From NCBI RefSeq assembly GCF_009914755.1, contig NC_060940.1: a stretch of DNA of 64,000 bases; one strand, given 5' to 3'. Shown piece by piece: positions 1 to 22,156 of this stretch (position 1 is the first letter of the stretch; every line of letters starts with the position of its first letter). The stretch comes from the human T2T-CHM13v2.0 reference genome, Homo sapiens. The translations under genes and the position numbers were made by a program. The notes beneath the pieces were generated by a model. The model made no database searches. It had not been told where the DNA came from and saw only the letters and a list, made by a program, of their open reading frames with translations.

Positions 1-167
1 TCACCGTGTTGGAGTCACCATGCATGACTGAAAGGTAATGTTGCAAAAGGGGAAGCAGAATTCTGGGGCTAGAAGAAGAAGAGAGACAGAAGCTGAGTGC
101 AGAAAAGACATCTTTTCCTCCTTCAACCACTGGTCATTTCAGATACTGGGGAGTATCGCAACCTAGC

Positions 168-313
168 CAGGACAGGTTATATCATTTGTAGGAACCAGTG
201 CAAATAAAATGCAGGACCCATGGTTCAAAAGTTAAGAATTTCAAGCACAGAGCCCTTCTGGACACAGAGTCCTGTGTGACTGCACAGGTCACAAGCCCAT
301 GAAGCCAGCCCTG
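168..313 (-). mobile_element. MER45A-like hAT DNA transposon relic
   Basis: Ends caggac... and ...gccagccctg with internal gtgactgcacaggtcaca, resembling my recollection of the MER45A consensus. Confidence 0.75.
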
Positions 314-912
314 GGCCTAGATCAGAACTGGAGTGATTGCCCCAAGGAGAGTAAGTCTTGCTAGGGTGTTTCAGGGTCTGTTTTGTTATAAAATTGGGTT
401 AAATCATTAATTGATGGTAAGAAAGCTGAGATTTATATTGTTATAATTAACATGTGTCCAGCCCTTTGTACAAACACTGTTAAAGGGTCGAGAAAAGAGG
501 TGATCAAAGCCCTCTGTGGTATAACCCTAGGCAGAGGCAGGGTTCCAAGAAGACAGAGCTATCCAGAGGCTTCCAGTCTACTCCAGCTATCAGAGTAAGG
601 GGGATGGTGAGTTGGTTTTATTCCTCATGCCCATTCAAACTTGGCAATTTCAGTTTATTACTTAATCATCACAGTGGCCCTGTGTGGCTCAAAGTATTAT
701 ATCCATATTATAGATGAGGTCACTGGGGCTCAGAGAGGTCCGTGATCATCCATGGTATATGATCAAACTGGGATTGGAAGCCAGGCAGTCTGAATCCTTG
801 CGTCCACCTTTATCAGCACTGTGTGTCATTGAACAAATCTAACAGGGCTGGGGAAATTGTAAGAAGTTGTCTTATAATAGATGAGATGACACAGATATAA
901 AAGGGGTTTTAA

Positions 913-2140
<1,228 letters not shown>

Positions 2141-3119
2141 CCGTAGAGGTTTGATAAGAATATCATTCCAGCAATAGGAATACAGGATGGATTAGAGCCA
2201 CAAGGATGTCCGTAGGACATTTGCTAGAGTGCCTGGGCCAGGACATTTACTTAATTTTTCTCACAGAGGTGTCTGTCACCCATGGCTGATTTCTGAAATG
2301 AATCCACAAGCCAGGAACATTTGTCTAAATACTTTAATTAAATGCATTGTAATATGAAAGGCAGAGTGTAAATAAAGTGTTCATGTTTACTAAGAAAACA
2401 GACTAAGATATTCCAGGTAGCTGAACACACTTTGATAATAAAATTTGAAACAGCTTCTTGGCTTTCATTCTATTTAAAATATTTATGTAGTTAAAAAAAA
2501 TAATTGACTATTTATTTTCTATCTAAATGCAGGAAATGCTGAGACATTTTAAATGAGTAGAGATTGAACATACATAAATAAGCGTCCTGTTTCAGCTACG
2601 GAATTATAATACTTCCGAGCTGCTCCATTCATACCTCAGCAAACAACCAGTCCAATTCAATTTAGAGAAGAATGCCAGCCTCAAATTCAATTTATTTAAT
2701 ATTTAAGTTTTGTGAAAGTGCTGAGTTAAAGGAGTTATCTCAGCGAAATTAAAACACTGCTAATCTCAATTCAAAATCAATTTTCTTTCCAGGACAATTC
2801 TTGGGAACCTCAAGAATCTCTTGCTGTATATCATAAGGAGTATACATTCAAGAACTGATATCTAAAAGAATAAGTACATTCGTATAAAAAAGATTCCTTA
2901 TAAAATAGGATCTCACAGATAAGGTGCTGTTGAAGCATTTTGCCATTTACGGAAAAGCAATGTGTTTATTAGCATATCTGAAATACTTGCTAATGGTGGA
3001 AGCATTCTCCATGCTTTGATCTTAGACTATGTGGTACAAATAGACAAACAGTAAATGGAGACGAAGGAAAAATAACTGCCTAAACTCGCAGAGTTCCCCC
3101 ATTTAAAAAATGTTTACCA

Positions 3120-3570
3120 GTGAAATGATGTCTGCACAAGATTGTTTTATTGCAGCATTATTTTTAACAGCGTAAGACTGGAAACAACGCAAATGCCCAT
3201 CAATGGGAGAGTCGTTTAAATGTTATCATACATCCATACAACAAACTAGATTGCCGTCATGAAAAAATAAGCATGCTCTTTAAGGACAGGGAACAATCTC
3301 CAAAGTAAATTAAGTGAAAAATAACAGTGGCTGTAATATGTGTTACCACTTCTGTTAAAATTTAAAAGGAAGGGAAGAAGCAGTTACATATTTCCTTGTA
3401 TAAGCATAAAATAACTCTGAAATGATACAGGAGAAACTGTTAATAGTGGTTGCTTCCAGAGAGGGAACCAAGGAAGCTGGGTACTGGGGTAGGATGAAGA
3501 ATTTTTATTGGATGTCCTTTTGTACCCATGTAAATATGTTATTGCCTATTAAAATACATTTTTAAAGCTT
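3120..3570 (+). mobile_element. Old L1M 3' fragment
   Basis: ttattgcagcatta...ctggaaacaac..aaatgcccatcaatgg, typical of the L1 ORF2 end and 3' UTR. Confidence 0.7.
3504..3509 (-). terminator. Candidate distal polyadenylation signal AATAAA
   Basis: tttatt on the + strand about 1.9 kb past the stop codon; the first canonical hexamer I found downstream of the stop. Confidence 0.5.
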
Positions 3571-4539
3571 TTTTTTTTTTAAAAAAATAGGGTAAAATAA
3601 TAAGGTCAATCATCACTATATTCAATGTGATGATTACCCGGATCACGTGACAAGCCATCAACTAGACAAATCTGTTTCTGACTCTGGGGTTTGGAAATGC
3701 TTAGACCAGCCTGGGGACTCCCACATTCTTTCATTTTTCCACAGTGGAAATGAATGTTGTTTTTAGTGGATGGACAAATACATACAGACATTTGCAAACC
3801 TTCAAAGGCCTCTGAGCAGCTCACATTTTCCTGTAATTTTATATAAAATGGGCAGGACCTATTGGAATTCCAGGTCCTTTATGTTCACTGTTGCAGGTGG
3901 AAACAAATGGCCTAATACTAGAATACTAGATTTTGTTTTTAATCACTCACTCCCCCAAGAGCCATTTGGTATGCAAATAAAATCCTCTTGATAAATATTC
4001 ATTCCCTGAATGACCCTTTTTTCTTTTTTTTTCTTTTTTCTTTTTTTTTTTTTGTCTGAATCATAAAAGCAACATGACACGATCTGGAAAGCTTTAGGGA
4101 ATGTAAGTGCTGTCATCAGCTGGGAGATTTCATTTTCTAGGATTAATTGAAGTTGCTGCCACCATCTCTACAGCGAGAGTGTCAAAAGTGAGTAACGGAC
4201 TGATCCCTGCTGGCGAATGGGGTTTCTCAGGATGACAGGCAGAGGATGCTCCTACCGGGCTGTTCCTCCTGGCAGAGGCAGAAACGCTAGCAGCTCCTGG
4301 CCAGTAAGTCCATTTCCCTTCTATCTGTTCTGAGATAATGGCATTGCATTGGAATTGAATAGAGTCTGGGGAAGATAAGCACTAACTACCTTAATGGGCA
4401 TCTAGCCCCCTACTGTGATTGCCCGCAAAGGAAAACCGCGTCCCAAGCTCAGCTCAGAACCATGGCAATTCTCAGCTGAACAGCTTGGGCTGCCCTCCTT
4501 TCTTTGTTTTTTTGTGTACGTTGTTGTTGTTTGCTTTTG

Positions 4540-4956
<417 letters not shown>

Positions 4957-5026
4957 TGAAGTATTTTCTATCCTTGAAATGTGTTAGACAAATTCCTGAG
5001 GGGAAACCCCACACATTCAATAACAC

Positions 5027-5032
5027 TTTACT
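5027..5032 (-). terminator. Candidate proximal variant poly(A) signal AGTAAA
   Basis: tttact on the + strand, followed on the mRNA strand by GU-rich sequence. Confidence 0.35.
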
Positions 5033-5194
5033 TTTTCAGCAAAGCTTCCCATGTATTGGAGCCTCATTTTATCCCTCACCCATGAACTTTAAAAGTGGAA
5101 AATCATTTTGTTCTTAAAAAGAGGAACAGTCAGGAAAAGGTAGGGCTCTCAAATGATAGTGAGAGCTCAGGGACTCGAACACTTGATGCAACTT

Positions 5195-5823
<629 letters not shown>

Positions 5824-6509
5824 CTAGTGGGTGGGGTGGAGCCGCATCGGGGTTATTTAGGAGAAACAAAATACATTATGGGGAAGTGTACAGATTAAAA
5901 GTCCCGGTTGGATTTCGTGGAAAGTCTTGGGATGTCTTAGATCTAGGCTGTGGGGCTGGAAGCTGGGATGAGGCTGTTGTTTCAAGTTCAGGGCCCCTCC
6001 CCCGAGCTATTGAAGCAAGCCAGGCAGTGACTCTGAGGGAGTACCCGCAAGGCCTCTGCAAAGGCTGAACCAACCATCTGTTACCAGGGGTGGGCACTCC
6101 TGGAGTGGATGAGAAAAACTCCAAGCAAACAGGGTAAAAAGTGATGAAGGGAGAGGCTGCTGGGGCTGGGCCCCCTTTCTGGGAAGTCTCAAAGGTTGAG
6201 ATCCTCAGGGATACCCTGGGGCTGGGTACCCCTGCTATTGGGCTGCGCTGACCCCATGTGTGGGGACCTGATGGATACCTCCAGCCTCCAGCCTGTGCTG
6301 CCTCCCACAAACGATGGCCATGGTCTTCACATCAGTAGGGGACTGGGTAATTAAATCAAGCCTTTGTGGATACCTGTGGCCCCTCCCACTCTGCCTGACC
6401 CCATCTCTGCACGGAAGGAAACTGGAGAGGGAGCAGCCCCCAGAGGAGGCCAGGATGGTCCTCAGCTGCCCAAGACCCATGTGAAGTGGTGTTTGTGAGT
6501 TTCAAGTGA

Positions 6510-7127
<618 letters not shown>

Positions 7128-8048
7128 CACCCTAAACTCTTGACAACACATTTCCAGGGCAGGATGCTTAGATGGTGAGCATCGTGGAACTTCCTGAAGC
7201 ATGGTGCTATGGCTGGAATCAGCAGCTCATGGGAAGTTAGAAAAGTGCTTTGCTGTGTTCAACATGCTTTTCTAAAAGGCCTCCAAGGTAATCCTGCCTG
7301 ATCTTTATGACCTCATGAGGCAACCCTCAGTAATCCAAGTCTCGGAAAGCTTGAGGGGCTTCCTGGGTCATGGAGCTAGTGGGTGACAGAGCTGGGATTT
7401 GGATTTGTGTCTCTGAATGTCTAGTTAAGAGCTCCCTGTACTCTGCCATTCTGCCCTGGTTGTTCTGATTTGGAAGGGAAGTGCCTTTTAATGGAACACT
7501 CATGCAAATTTAATTCCCATCTTAAAGCCCCCTTGCTGAAGAGCTACCACTTAGGAGCCACAAGCCCACCCCAGCTGAAGCTCTTGGTGTACTGGGAGCA
7601 CCCTTGGAGTTCCTGTCTAGTCAGCCCTCACAGCAGCCAGCACTGAAGACCCCCACTTGCCAGCTCCACCTTGACCTTGACAGTTTGTGAGCCAGGCAAT
7701 CACATCTTTCCTCAGTCTGGGGCCATTGGTGGCTGTATCTGGAGAATGTCTTGGTACCCCAAATGGCTTTGATGTCACTCACCAGACTTCTACTGTCAAA
7801 CAACATCTGGATGGGTCTCCTGGACTCTGACACCAGGCTGGATTGAGACTGAGTTCACTGGGCTCCTTTGAACTCTGCTGTGTAGACTGTTAAGCCCAGT
7901 CTGCCTAACCCCAGTCCCTCTCCAGATCCCCAGCAGACTTCCTAAAGGACAGCCGTGAACAGACATAATTAATGTAATCATTCCACTTGGTATTCTTGGC
8001 TTTGGTCACAGAAAAAAGTCCCAGAACTAATTTTAATGTCCCCCATAG

Positions 8049-8420
<372 letters not shown>

Positions 8421-8549
8421 AATATCTTAAATTGTCACAGACACGGTATTAAATATGAGGACACACTGTCTTCTGGGGCCGGACATTTGCTTCTCATACC
8501 CTCTCCTCTAACCTCTGCAACAGTATCAAGACTGCCTTTTAGAGATCCT

Positions 8550-8970
8550 GCTCCCAGCCTACTCTCAGTCCAGGGGCGGGTATGTGACCCAGGCCTCTTT
8601 AGAGCACCATAGTGCCCTGGCCACACCGAATGGCTCAAGAATTGGCATGTGACCCAATTCTGTCCAATGACAGTGAGTCCTGGAACTTTTGCTAGAATCC
8701 CTGGGAAAGAGGTGCTTTCTTTCTGTTGGAGTTGCTATGCCAGGAGGATGTCATCCTAGATAGAACTCTTGAGAACCTGTCTGGAGATAAAACCATCACT
8801 GAATAAAGCAGAGATGACACAATGGGAAAACTCGTCCTGTTGGCATCTTTCGGGCTTTTGGATCCAGGCTTGCCTGAACTTTTCAATTACGTGACCCCTA
8901 ATTCCCGTTTTTCTCAAGCTAATTTGAGCTTGCACTCTGTCACTGGTAACCAAATGAGCCCTGACTGATA
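8550..8970 (+). mobile_element. ERVL LTR16-like solo LTR relic
   Basis: catgtgacccaattctgtccaatga and the 3' end ...tctgtcactggtaaccaaatgagccctgactgata resemble the LTR16/LTR33 class. Confidence 0.55.
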
Positions 8971-9087
8971 GAAAAAGGAGGGGGAAGACCCTAAAACTAA
9001 ATGTGTGGCCCACTCTTGGAGACCCCTTGGCCTTCTCCCTGACACATATTGAAATGAACGTGGTGGCTGGGTTCCCAACCACATTAC

Positions 9088-9307
9088 CTGTTCCACCAAC
9101 TCTTGCTGCTTTGCAGCCGCCTCCAGCGCGGCCAGTTCTTTGAGCCGGGCCCGGAGGTGAGCAAGTTTGCCGCCTTTTGCCCCCTTGCCACCCATCTTTC
9201 CTGTCATAGCGAGGGCAGCGTTGAAGAGCTTTGGGGTGCCCGCCCGGGGTGGAAGGATCAGCACGCTCTTCTCCTCCTTGGGCTTATTGTTGCTTCTCAG
9301 CATGCGC
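9088..9307 (-). CDS. CNGB1: CNGB1 exon 32: (R)RMLRSNNK...QQELVEQ
   Basis: ttccag|G ... CAG|gtaatg, 220 nt; inside ORF 8914..9324. Confidence 0.97.
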
Positions 9308-9439
9308 CTGGAAGAAAGCAGCATCCATTGACATCACAGACGCACTCTGGGGGAAAAGAAAGACTCGCTTCTGCAGCCTCCTTTAAGCTGGAGCTGTGTA
9401 GTGGTGGTGATTTTGGCTGGTGATTGTAGAGAGTTTTTT

Positions 9440-9678
9440 CTGGGCCAAGCGTCGTGTTAAGTACTTTATGCATTGCATCTCATTGAAGGATCAGAACAAC
9501 TGTAATGAGGTGGGTCTTACTGTCTGTTGTACCTTAGAGATGAGGAAAATGATGCTCAGAGAGGTTGAATAACTTGTCTGAGGTCACACAGCTACGAAAT
9601 TCTTCTCTTTCCTTCCTTTCTGTCTCTCTCTCTCTCCTCTCTCTTCTGTCTTCTCTCCTCTCTCCTCTTCTCTTCCTC

Positions 9679-9717
<39 letters not shown>

Positions 9718-9985
9718 TTCTCACAGGGTCTGGCTCTGTCGCCCAGGCAGGAGTGTAGTGGCGTGATCATGGCTTACTGCAGCCTTGACCTCCATGGCTC
9801 AAGCAATCCTCCCACCTGAGTAGCTGGAACTACAGGTATGCACCACCACAATTTTTTATCTTTTTGTAGAGACAGGGTTTCGCCATGTTGCCCAGGCTGG
9901 TCTCAAACTCCTGGGCTCAAGCGATCTACCCGCCTTGGCCTCCCAAAGTGTTGAAATTACAGGTGTGAGGCACCGCGCCTGGCCT
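9440..9985. mobile_element. MIR (~9440-9600), CT-rich tract (9600-9722) and Alu (minus strand, 9722-9985)
   Basis: MIR core gatgaggaaaa..ctcagagaggtt; Alu motifs. Confidence 0.85.
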
Positions 9986-10194
9986 CTTTCTTTTTTTTAA
10001 CCAGCAGAAGAGTTAGGAAATCCTGAAGGACACTTTCACATAGGGAATTGGGAATAAGATGCCCAGGTGGAAAAGGAACCAAAGCTCTTTCCTTCTCCTT
10101 CTGCTTCACTGTCACCTCCCCCTCGTCACCATCACAATTATCAGCATTTACTGAGTGTCTGTATATGCCAGGCCCTCTGCTCCATCCTTTGCAG

Positions 10195-10870
10195 GCACCC
10201 TTCAGTGGCTCCTATTACCCCCTTCCTGGTGTTCACGCCTCTGTGTGGTCCCCTTCCCTTGAGGATGGGTGGGGTATGTGTCTTGCTTTTAAACAATCGA
10301 ATACAACAAGGGCTATCACTGGTAGAATATGTCACACAGGATTGTGATCTCTGTCTTGCAAGGGGACTCTCCCTTGCTGACTTTATTTATTTTTTATTTG
10401 ATTTTTATTTTAAGTAATAGAGACGGGGTCTCCCTATGTTGCTCAGGCTGGTCTTGAACTCCTGGGCTCGAGCAATCCTCCTGCCATGGCCTCGCAAAGT
10501 GCTGGGATTACAGGCACGAGCCACAGTGCCTGGCCTCCCTTGATGACTTTGATGTAGGGAGCAGCCAGCTGTGTTGGAGAAGGCCCACATGGCAAGGACC
10601 TGAGGCCAGCCACTGGCCAATTGCTAGTGGGAGCTGGGGCCCCAGTCCTACAACCCCAAGGAACTGAATTACACCAACAACCATGTGATCCTGGAAGTGG
10701 GTCCTTCCCCCATCCAGACTTGAGATGAGAGCCTGCTCTGGAAGACATCTTGATGACAATCTTGCAGAGGACCTAGCTAAGCCATGTCCGGACTTCTAAC
10801 CCACAGAAACTGAGATCGCAAATGTGTGACTTTAAACAGCTAAATTTGTGGTAATACTGTTATGCTAATA
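10195..10870 (+). mobile_element. MLT1-family MaLR LTR interrupted by an Alu monomer (~10382-10535, minus strand)
   Basis: ggcccacatggcaagga...aaggaactgaatt...cccacagaaactg...ctaaatttgtggtaat. Confidence 0.75.
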
Positions 10871-12440
10871 CATACTCTCTCATTTAAGTCTCACAACAAT
10901 CCCCATAAGTAGGTCTTATTATTCATCCTCATTTCCAAATGAGGGTATAGAAGTTCAGAGGGGGTGAGTAACTTTCCCAAGGCCACACAGCTAAGAAGCG
11001 GCAAAGCTAGAATTCAAACCCACACTTCTGACCCCAGTGCCCCAGATATTAATGATTACAAAACGACATTGCATCATTATCTTCCTGGGCACTGACAAAT
11101 ACCCCTGTGACATGGAAAGGGCTGAGATTATTGTGCCTCTGACAGTTGGGGAAATTGAGGCTCAGAGCAGGGGGAGTGACGTGCCCAAGGTTACCAGGAA
11201 GTGGCAGAAGCAGAATTGCCACCCACATCTAATGGCATGTACCACCCTGTTTCTCTAGATAAGGGTAGATTTTCCATCAAAGAGAGCCCTAGCTTTTTAC
11301 CGGCAATTTTTCACACTACAAACATGCGGTGAGCAGTTTGTCTCAAGAACAAATGAATTCTGCCTGCAACCAGCGGGCCTAGACAATGAATTGGCAAATT
11401 CATTCATCAAGGCTCCAGCAAAACTTGTTTGTTTAAAAATGAGGCCATTACTGGCTGCTTATCTAATCAGAGGCAATGGGTTTAAATTGTGCATGTTGAT
11501 ATTAATTGCCCAAGATTTGCATTTCTAGCTGGAGATCCCCCAGGAGAACACAAACATGATAATTCACCAGACGCCTCTGACACGCGCCAGCTCGGCACTG
11601 TCCCCCATGTTATTTGAGTCCATAATTCATGATGTGACAGCCCACAGGAAGGCTGAGGGTGCTGTGAAAATGAACTATCTTTTTCTTTCTAACAAAATAA
11701 CTATGTATAGGACCTTTGCTGATTGCTACTAGCTGTCTCTGTTTGGAAACATTGAGCTAGCTTCTGGGGCATTTCCAGATTAGGGAAATTTGTCCTCATT
11801 TTCTGATGATGTATGCTTCCCTGTAACTGAGATTGAGCAATCAGCCTGGAGCAAGTGACCCACATAAGACCTCTTCATCCTCTTTTTTGGAGTGGTCAAG
11901 CCGGAGATCTCAGCACTTCACTTCTTTGGGGACCCAGGTCCCCCATCTGCAAAGCAGGGAGCTTGGACAGAATCCCACACGTGGCCCTCACCAACTCAGA
12001 TGTCCCCGGGACTATGGTTCTCAGACAGTGTATCTCCCCTGATGAGCAGAGCTCATACACAATCCCCTGCCTCTCTGGTCAAGCTGGCCTGGCCAGCAAA
12101 CAACCACTCTGATGACTCATGGCTGAGACCCCCATTCCCACGCCCCCCCATGTTGCTGTGAGGCCTGTTAGCCCCATTCCTTCGCCTGGCTGCCTCCCAC
12201 CCACACCTCAGCCTTCTCAGTGTGGACACAGGTGCACAGGCACTGTCAGGAATGGGGGCCTCTGCACAGCTCTTGGGAGGTGCCTTTGGGGTCCCATCTG
12301 ATTTGCCAAACTCTTGCCTAACCCACCCAGCAGGATGGGTAACAGCTAAAAGCATGGCTTTCCTGAGCTTTGCTCCTCCTGGTGGGGGTGGGGGCAAGAA
12401 GAGAGGGTGGGGAGACCTGGTACCAGTTTTCAGTCATAAG

Positions 12441-13562
<1,122 letters not shown>

Positions 13563-13759
13563 CTACCTCCCTGTCCCTGGGGAGAGGAGGCACTGGCACG
13601 CACCACTGATGTGGTGGGGAACGTGGGGAGATTTTCTGGGAGAAATTCAGATAGACTGGGTTTTGGAAGGGTCCAGTGGGTCCCTTGAGAGCAACCAGGT
13701 AAGGTGAGTTTGGGGGCAGCTTCCTTCCCCAGGGGACCTCAGTGTCTTGTGTGCATGAT

Positions 13760-14300
13760 GCTTGGACATCAACACTACATCCTTTTACCTCGAAGCTGCC
13801 AAAGGGCTCCTGTGAAAACCTAAGGCACTTCAAGTCACTCCTCTGTGTAAAACTCTCCATGGCTCCCATCTTCCTCTGAGGTCTGACCCAATCTCTTCCC
13901 CTAGACTCCTCTGATCCCATACCAAGCTATGCTAATTTTCTTGCTGTTGTGCCACCCACACACTAAGCCTGCTCCTCCCCAGGGCCTCTGCACATGCTGT
14001 TCCCTCTTCCCAGAATGCTGTACCCAGCCATCAGTCCCCCAGCTCACTCCTTTGCTTTGTGCAGGTCTCGTTGAAATGCCACCTGCTCAGAGCAGCTTCC
14101 CCAACCAGCTTATCTCAGACAGCTCTCCGTCACTTCCCGCTCCTCCCGTGGCTTTGTGTTTCCTCGTAGCCAGACGCATCACATCATCGCTCATCTTTCC
14201 ATTGCCGGTTCCCTGACTAGAATGTGAGTTTTGTTTGGTCCCTCCTGTGTCCCCAGAACTCAGCACTGTGTACTCGATACATCACTGTGCTGTAGGAATG
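13760..14300. mobile_element. L2 fragment
   Basis: cagggcctctgcacatgctgttccctct...gactagaatgtgag, typical of the L2 3' region. Confidence 0.65.
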
Positions 14301-14504
14301 GATGCTGGTGAGTTTCTTCCCTCTATTATGACAGCTCTCTGTGCAGTTTATTTATGGTGTCATTGTATAGAATGAAGGGGAAAATAAGAATGTGTGATAC
14401 AAGACAAGGAGGAAAACCCAGATATGTGGATTAAAAAGGTTTTACCCAACTGAAAAATTATAGGGTGAATTTGATGGCTACAGAGGAACAATTGCTTATT
14501 TATC

Positions 14505-15057
14505 TGAGAGACAGGGTCTTGCTCTGTCACCCAGGCTGGAGTGCAGTGGCACGATCATAACTCACTGTAACCTTAAATATTTGGGCTGAAATGATCCTCC
14601 CGCCTCAGCCTCCTAAAGTGCTGGGATTACAATCATGCAGCATTGCGCCCGGCCTGAAGTGATCCTTATTAACATGCACTGAGCTCTCTTGTATGACAGG
14701 CACCCCACCGGAGACATTCCTGCACACTATTTAATTTTCACAGCAGCAGGCCAGGCACAGTGGCTCACACCTGTAATCCCAGCACTTTGGGAGGCCAAGG
14801 CGGGCAGATCGCCTGAGGTCAGAAGTCCCAGACCAGCCTGGTCAACATGGTGAAACCCCGTCTCTACTTAAAATACAAAAATTAGCCGGGTGTGGTGGCA
14901 TGTGCCTGCAGTAGTCCCAGCTATTGGGGTGGCTGAGGCAGGAGAATCGAATTGTTTGAACCCAGGAGGCAGAGGTTACAGTGAGCCAGGATTGCGCCAC
15001 TGCACTCCAGCCTTGGCGACAAAGCAAGACTCCATCTCAAAAAAACAAAAAAAATTT
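14505..15057. mobile_element. Alu fragment (-, ~14505-14655) and a full Alu (+, ~14749-15057)
   Basis: Alu motifs. Confidence 0.92.
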
Positions 15058-15309
15058 ACAGCAGCAAAGTAGGGGTTATGACCTTTATTTTACATAGGAG
15101 ACAACTGAGACCAGAAAAGTTAAACAACTTCCTCAAAGTCACACAGCCAGCACCTCACATGGAAGGGATCTGAGCCCCGCCAGCCTCCCAGACCTATTGT
15201 GGGGTTCCTGACACACTACGTTGCCTGTCGCTCAATTTGAAACCTGATCTTAAGGGTTTGAAAACAAAAACCGGCTTTTCTAAAAAGAATGACCTGTTCC
15301 CCAACAATG

Positions 15310-18999
<3,690 letters not shown>

Positions 19000-19024
19000 T
19001 CACTTTACCCCAGCTGCGTCTGAC

Positions 19025-19143
19025 CTTATTTCTCCAAACACAGATCCAGCTTTCAGCGTCACCAGCACAGATTTCCCATCAGGGCCGCCCAAGACCTGCA
19101 CTTGCCCTGCCTGGATGATGTACATCTCACGGCCGATCTCCCC
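19025..19143 (-). CDS. CNGB1: CNGB1 exon 30, cNMP-binding domain: [10 protein letters not shown]...GSVFGEI(S)
   Basis: tttcag|GGG ... AG|gtcaga, 119 nt; translated by hand (not in the ORF track). Confidence 0.97.
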
Positions 19144-19600
19144 CTGAAACAAAGAAGTGACAAGTCCCTCTGTTCATCCCCCAAAGTCACCAGAGAAGCA
19201 GCCAGGGCTGGATCCAGAGGCTGGAGGTCCGGCAAGGAGGAACCTAGGCACTGGGGTCCAGCCCTGCCACCACAACTTGGGGTGTCGTGTGGGGGCAGTC
19301 ACTTCCCTCTCAGGCCTCAGTCACCCCATCTGTAGACTTGGAGGAGTGACTACCCCATGCCCTCCATAACTGACAGGGTTGCAGTGGGGGAGTTAGTGAT
19401 GTCATGGAATGGGAAGTGCCAGCTAACCTGGGAGGTGCAGGTATAATGGAATTCTGCAAATTCCAGTTAGACTCACTGATGGAGGCAGGGCAAATCAGAT
19501 AGCAGCTCCCACCATCAAATGATGTCTACACCTGGCACATCTCAGGGGCTCGGGAAGAATTTGCTAACTGCAACAGGAATGGGAACAACAATAACGATAA

Positions 19601-20330
<730 letters not shown>

Positions 20331-20586
20331 GTGGAGTTGCACAGTGTCCCGCGGCAGCCTGGAGAATGAATACAATGGCCTTAATCCCAAGTTAAACCGA
20401 ATGCATGCATGAATGAATAGCTTGCTTTGGACTGCAATTAGAAACACCTAGTCTGCCATGCGCCTTCCAATCCTCATGCCTTCACCGGCCCTTGTCCTGG
20501 CCAGCTACCTGTGAGTCACATGTGTTTAAAAGGGGAAGAGGAGGTCTACAGAAAAAAATAATAATAATAATAATAATTAAAAAGGG

Positions 20587-20993
<407 letters not shown>

Positions 20994-21124
20994 TTAACAA
21001 AAAGGTAGAGAGGTTTGCCTCCATGTTTCTGTTTAGTTTGACAAGAGTGAAAGGGTGAAGGGACCCTCACCTCAGTAACCAGTCCCCGGGGTGTCTCAGA
21101 GAGATCGCTGCCGAGCAAAACCAG

Positions 21125-21140
21125 ACAGCAGAGGGCGCCC
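21125..21140 (+). promoter_or_regulatory. CTCF-like motif ACAGCAGAGGGCGCCC
   Basis: Close match to CCASYAGRKGGCRS in unique sequence, with an adjacent CACGTG E-box at 21145-21150. Confidence 0.5.
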
Positions 21141-21789
21141 TTCACACGTGCTCACCAAGTGCTCAATTTAATTTGCAATCACAGACTCTAGATTCACTTT
21201 TTCTCATTTAAAGCAAACTCTGCATCACCCACGAAGACAACAGCAACAGTACTGGCAGCTGCTGTGTGCCAGGAACAATGTTAAGCTCTGTATGCACATC
21301 TTATTCAGCCCTCACAACCACCCCATGAGGGAGGTACTATCAACATCCCCCACTTTATCCATAAGATGAGCAGGACTCAGAGAGGGCAAGCCACTTGCCC
21401 AAGGCTGCACAGCCAGGAAGGGGCTCCAGTGTCAGGCAGGCCACTCTATTGCTCCCAAACCCCTCTTTGCCCCTAAGGTTGCAGCTTTAAATTCTCAGGT
21501 CTCTGAAGCATACTTTTCCCCTCTTCACCCCGGCTCTCTGCTTCCAGAAATTTCACTGCTGCACAGCATATAACCTGGAGACAGGGACTTTCTTGGGGAC
21601 GGGGGTTCCCAAGTCTTGCAGAGCCTGCTTGGGTAATGTTTCCCCCCGTATGCTTATTAACGGTTTATTATTAACTTATTAACGGCTCTGTGCAAGAGGA
21701 CTGAAACCTGGGTTCCTGACCCCTCCCGTCACTCACCAAGTGACCTTGGTCTCACCTTGAACCCCAAGGACAGGGAGCAGAAAGGGCTC

Positions 21790-22156
21790 TAGACATTGTC
21801 AGGCCCCAGGATTCAACTCCAGATGTTTTCTGGGATCAGAGGGTGAAGCTGAGCAGGGAGGGGGTTCTAGGGTGGGGCAGTGGGGAGTGGTGGGGGCTGT
21901 GGCATCAGGAAGGGACACGATGTCCCCCTTTGGGGCAACCTTTCCTCCACCCCAGCTGCCTCTTGCCATTTGGGAAAGTGGACCCAGCGCTGGCAGATTT
22001 TCTGTTTTCAGCCAGAAATCTGAATTTTTATACAAAATCTCCAAATTTTTAAAGGTTGGGGACCAATTCAACATTTTTTAAAAATTAGAAAAAAAAAAAC
22101 CCACAGAATACCTGTGTGCTGGATCTTATCCAAAGGCCACCAGTTTGCAACCTCTG
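21790..22156 (+). mobile_element. MER102-like hAT-Charlie relic
   Basis: gccagaaatctgaatttttat..aaatctcc.aatttttaaa and the end ...ccagtttgcaacctctg. Confidence 0.65.
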
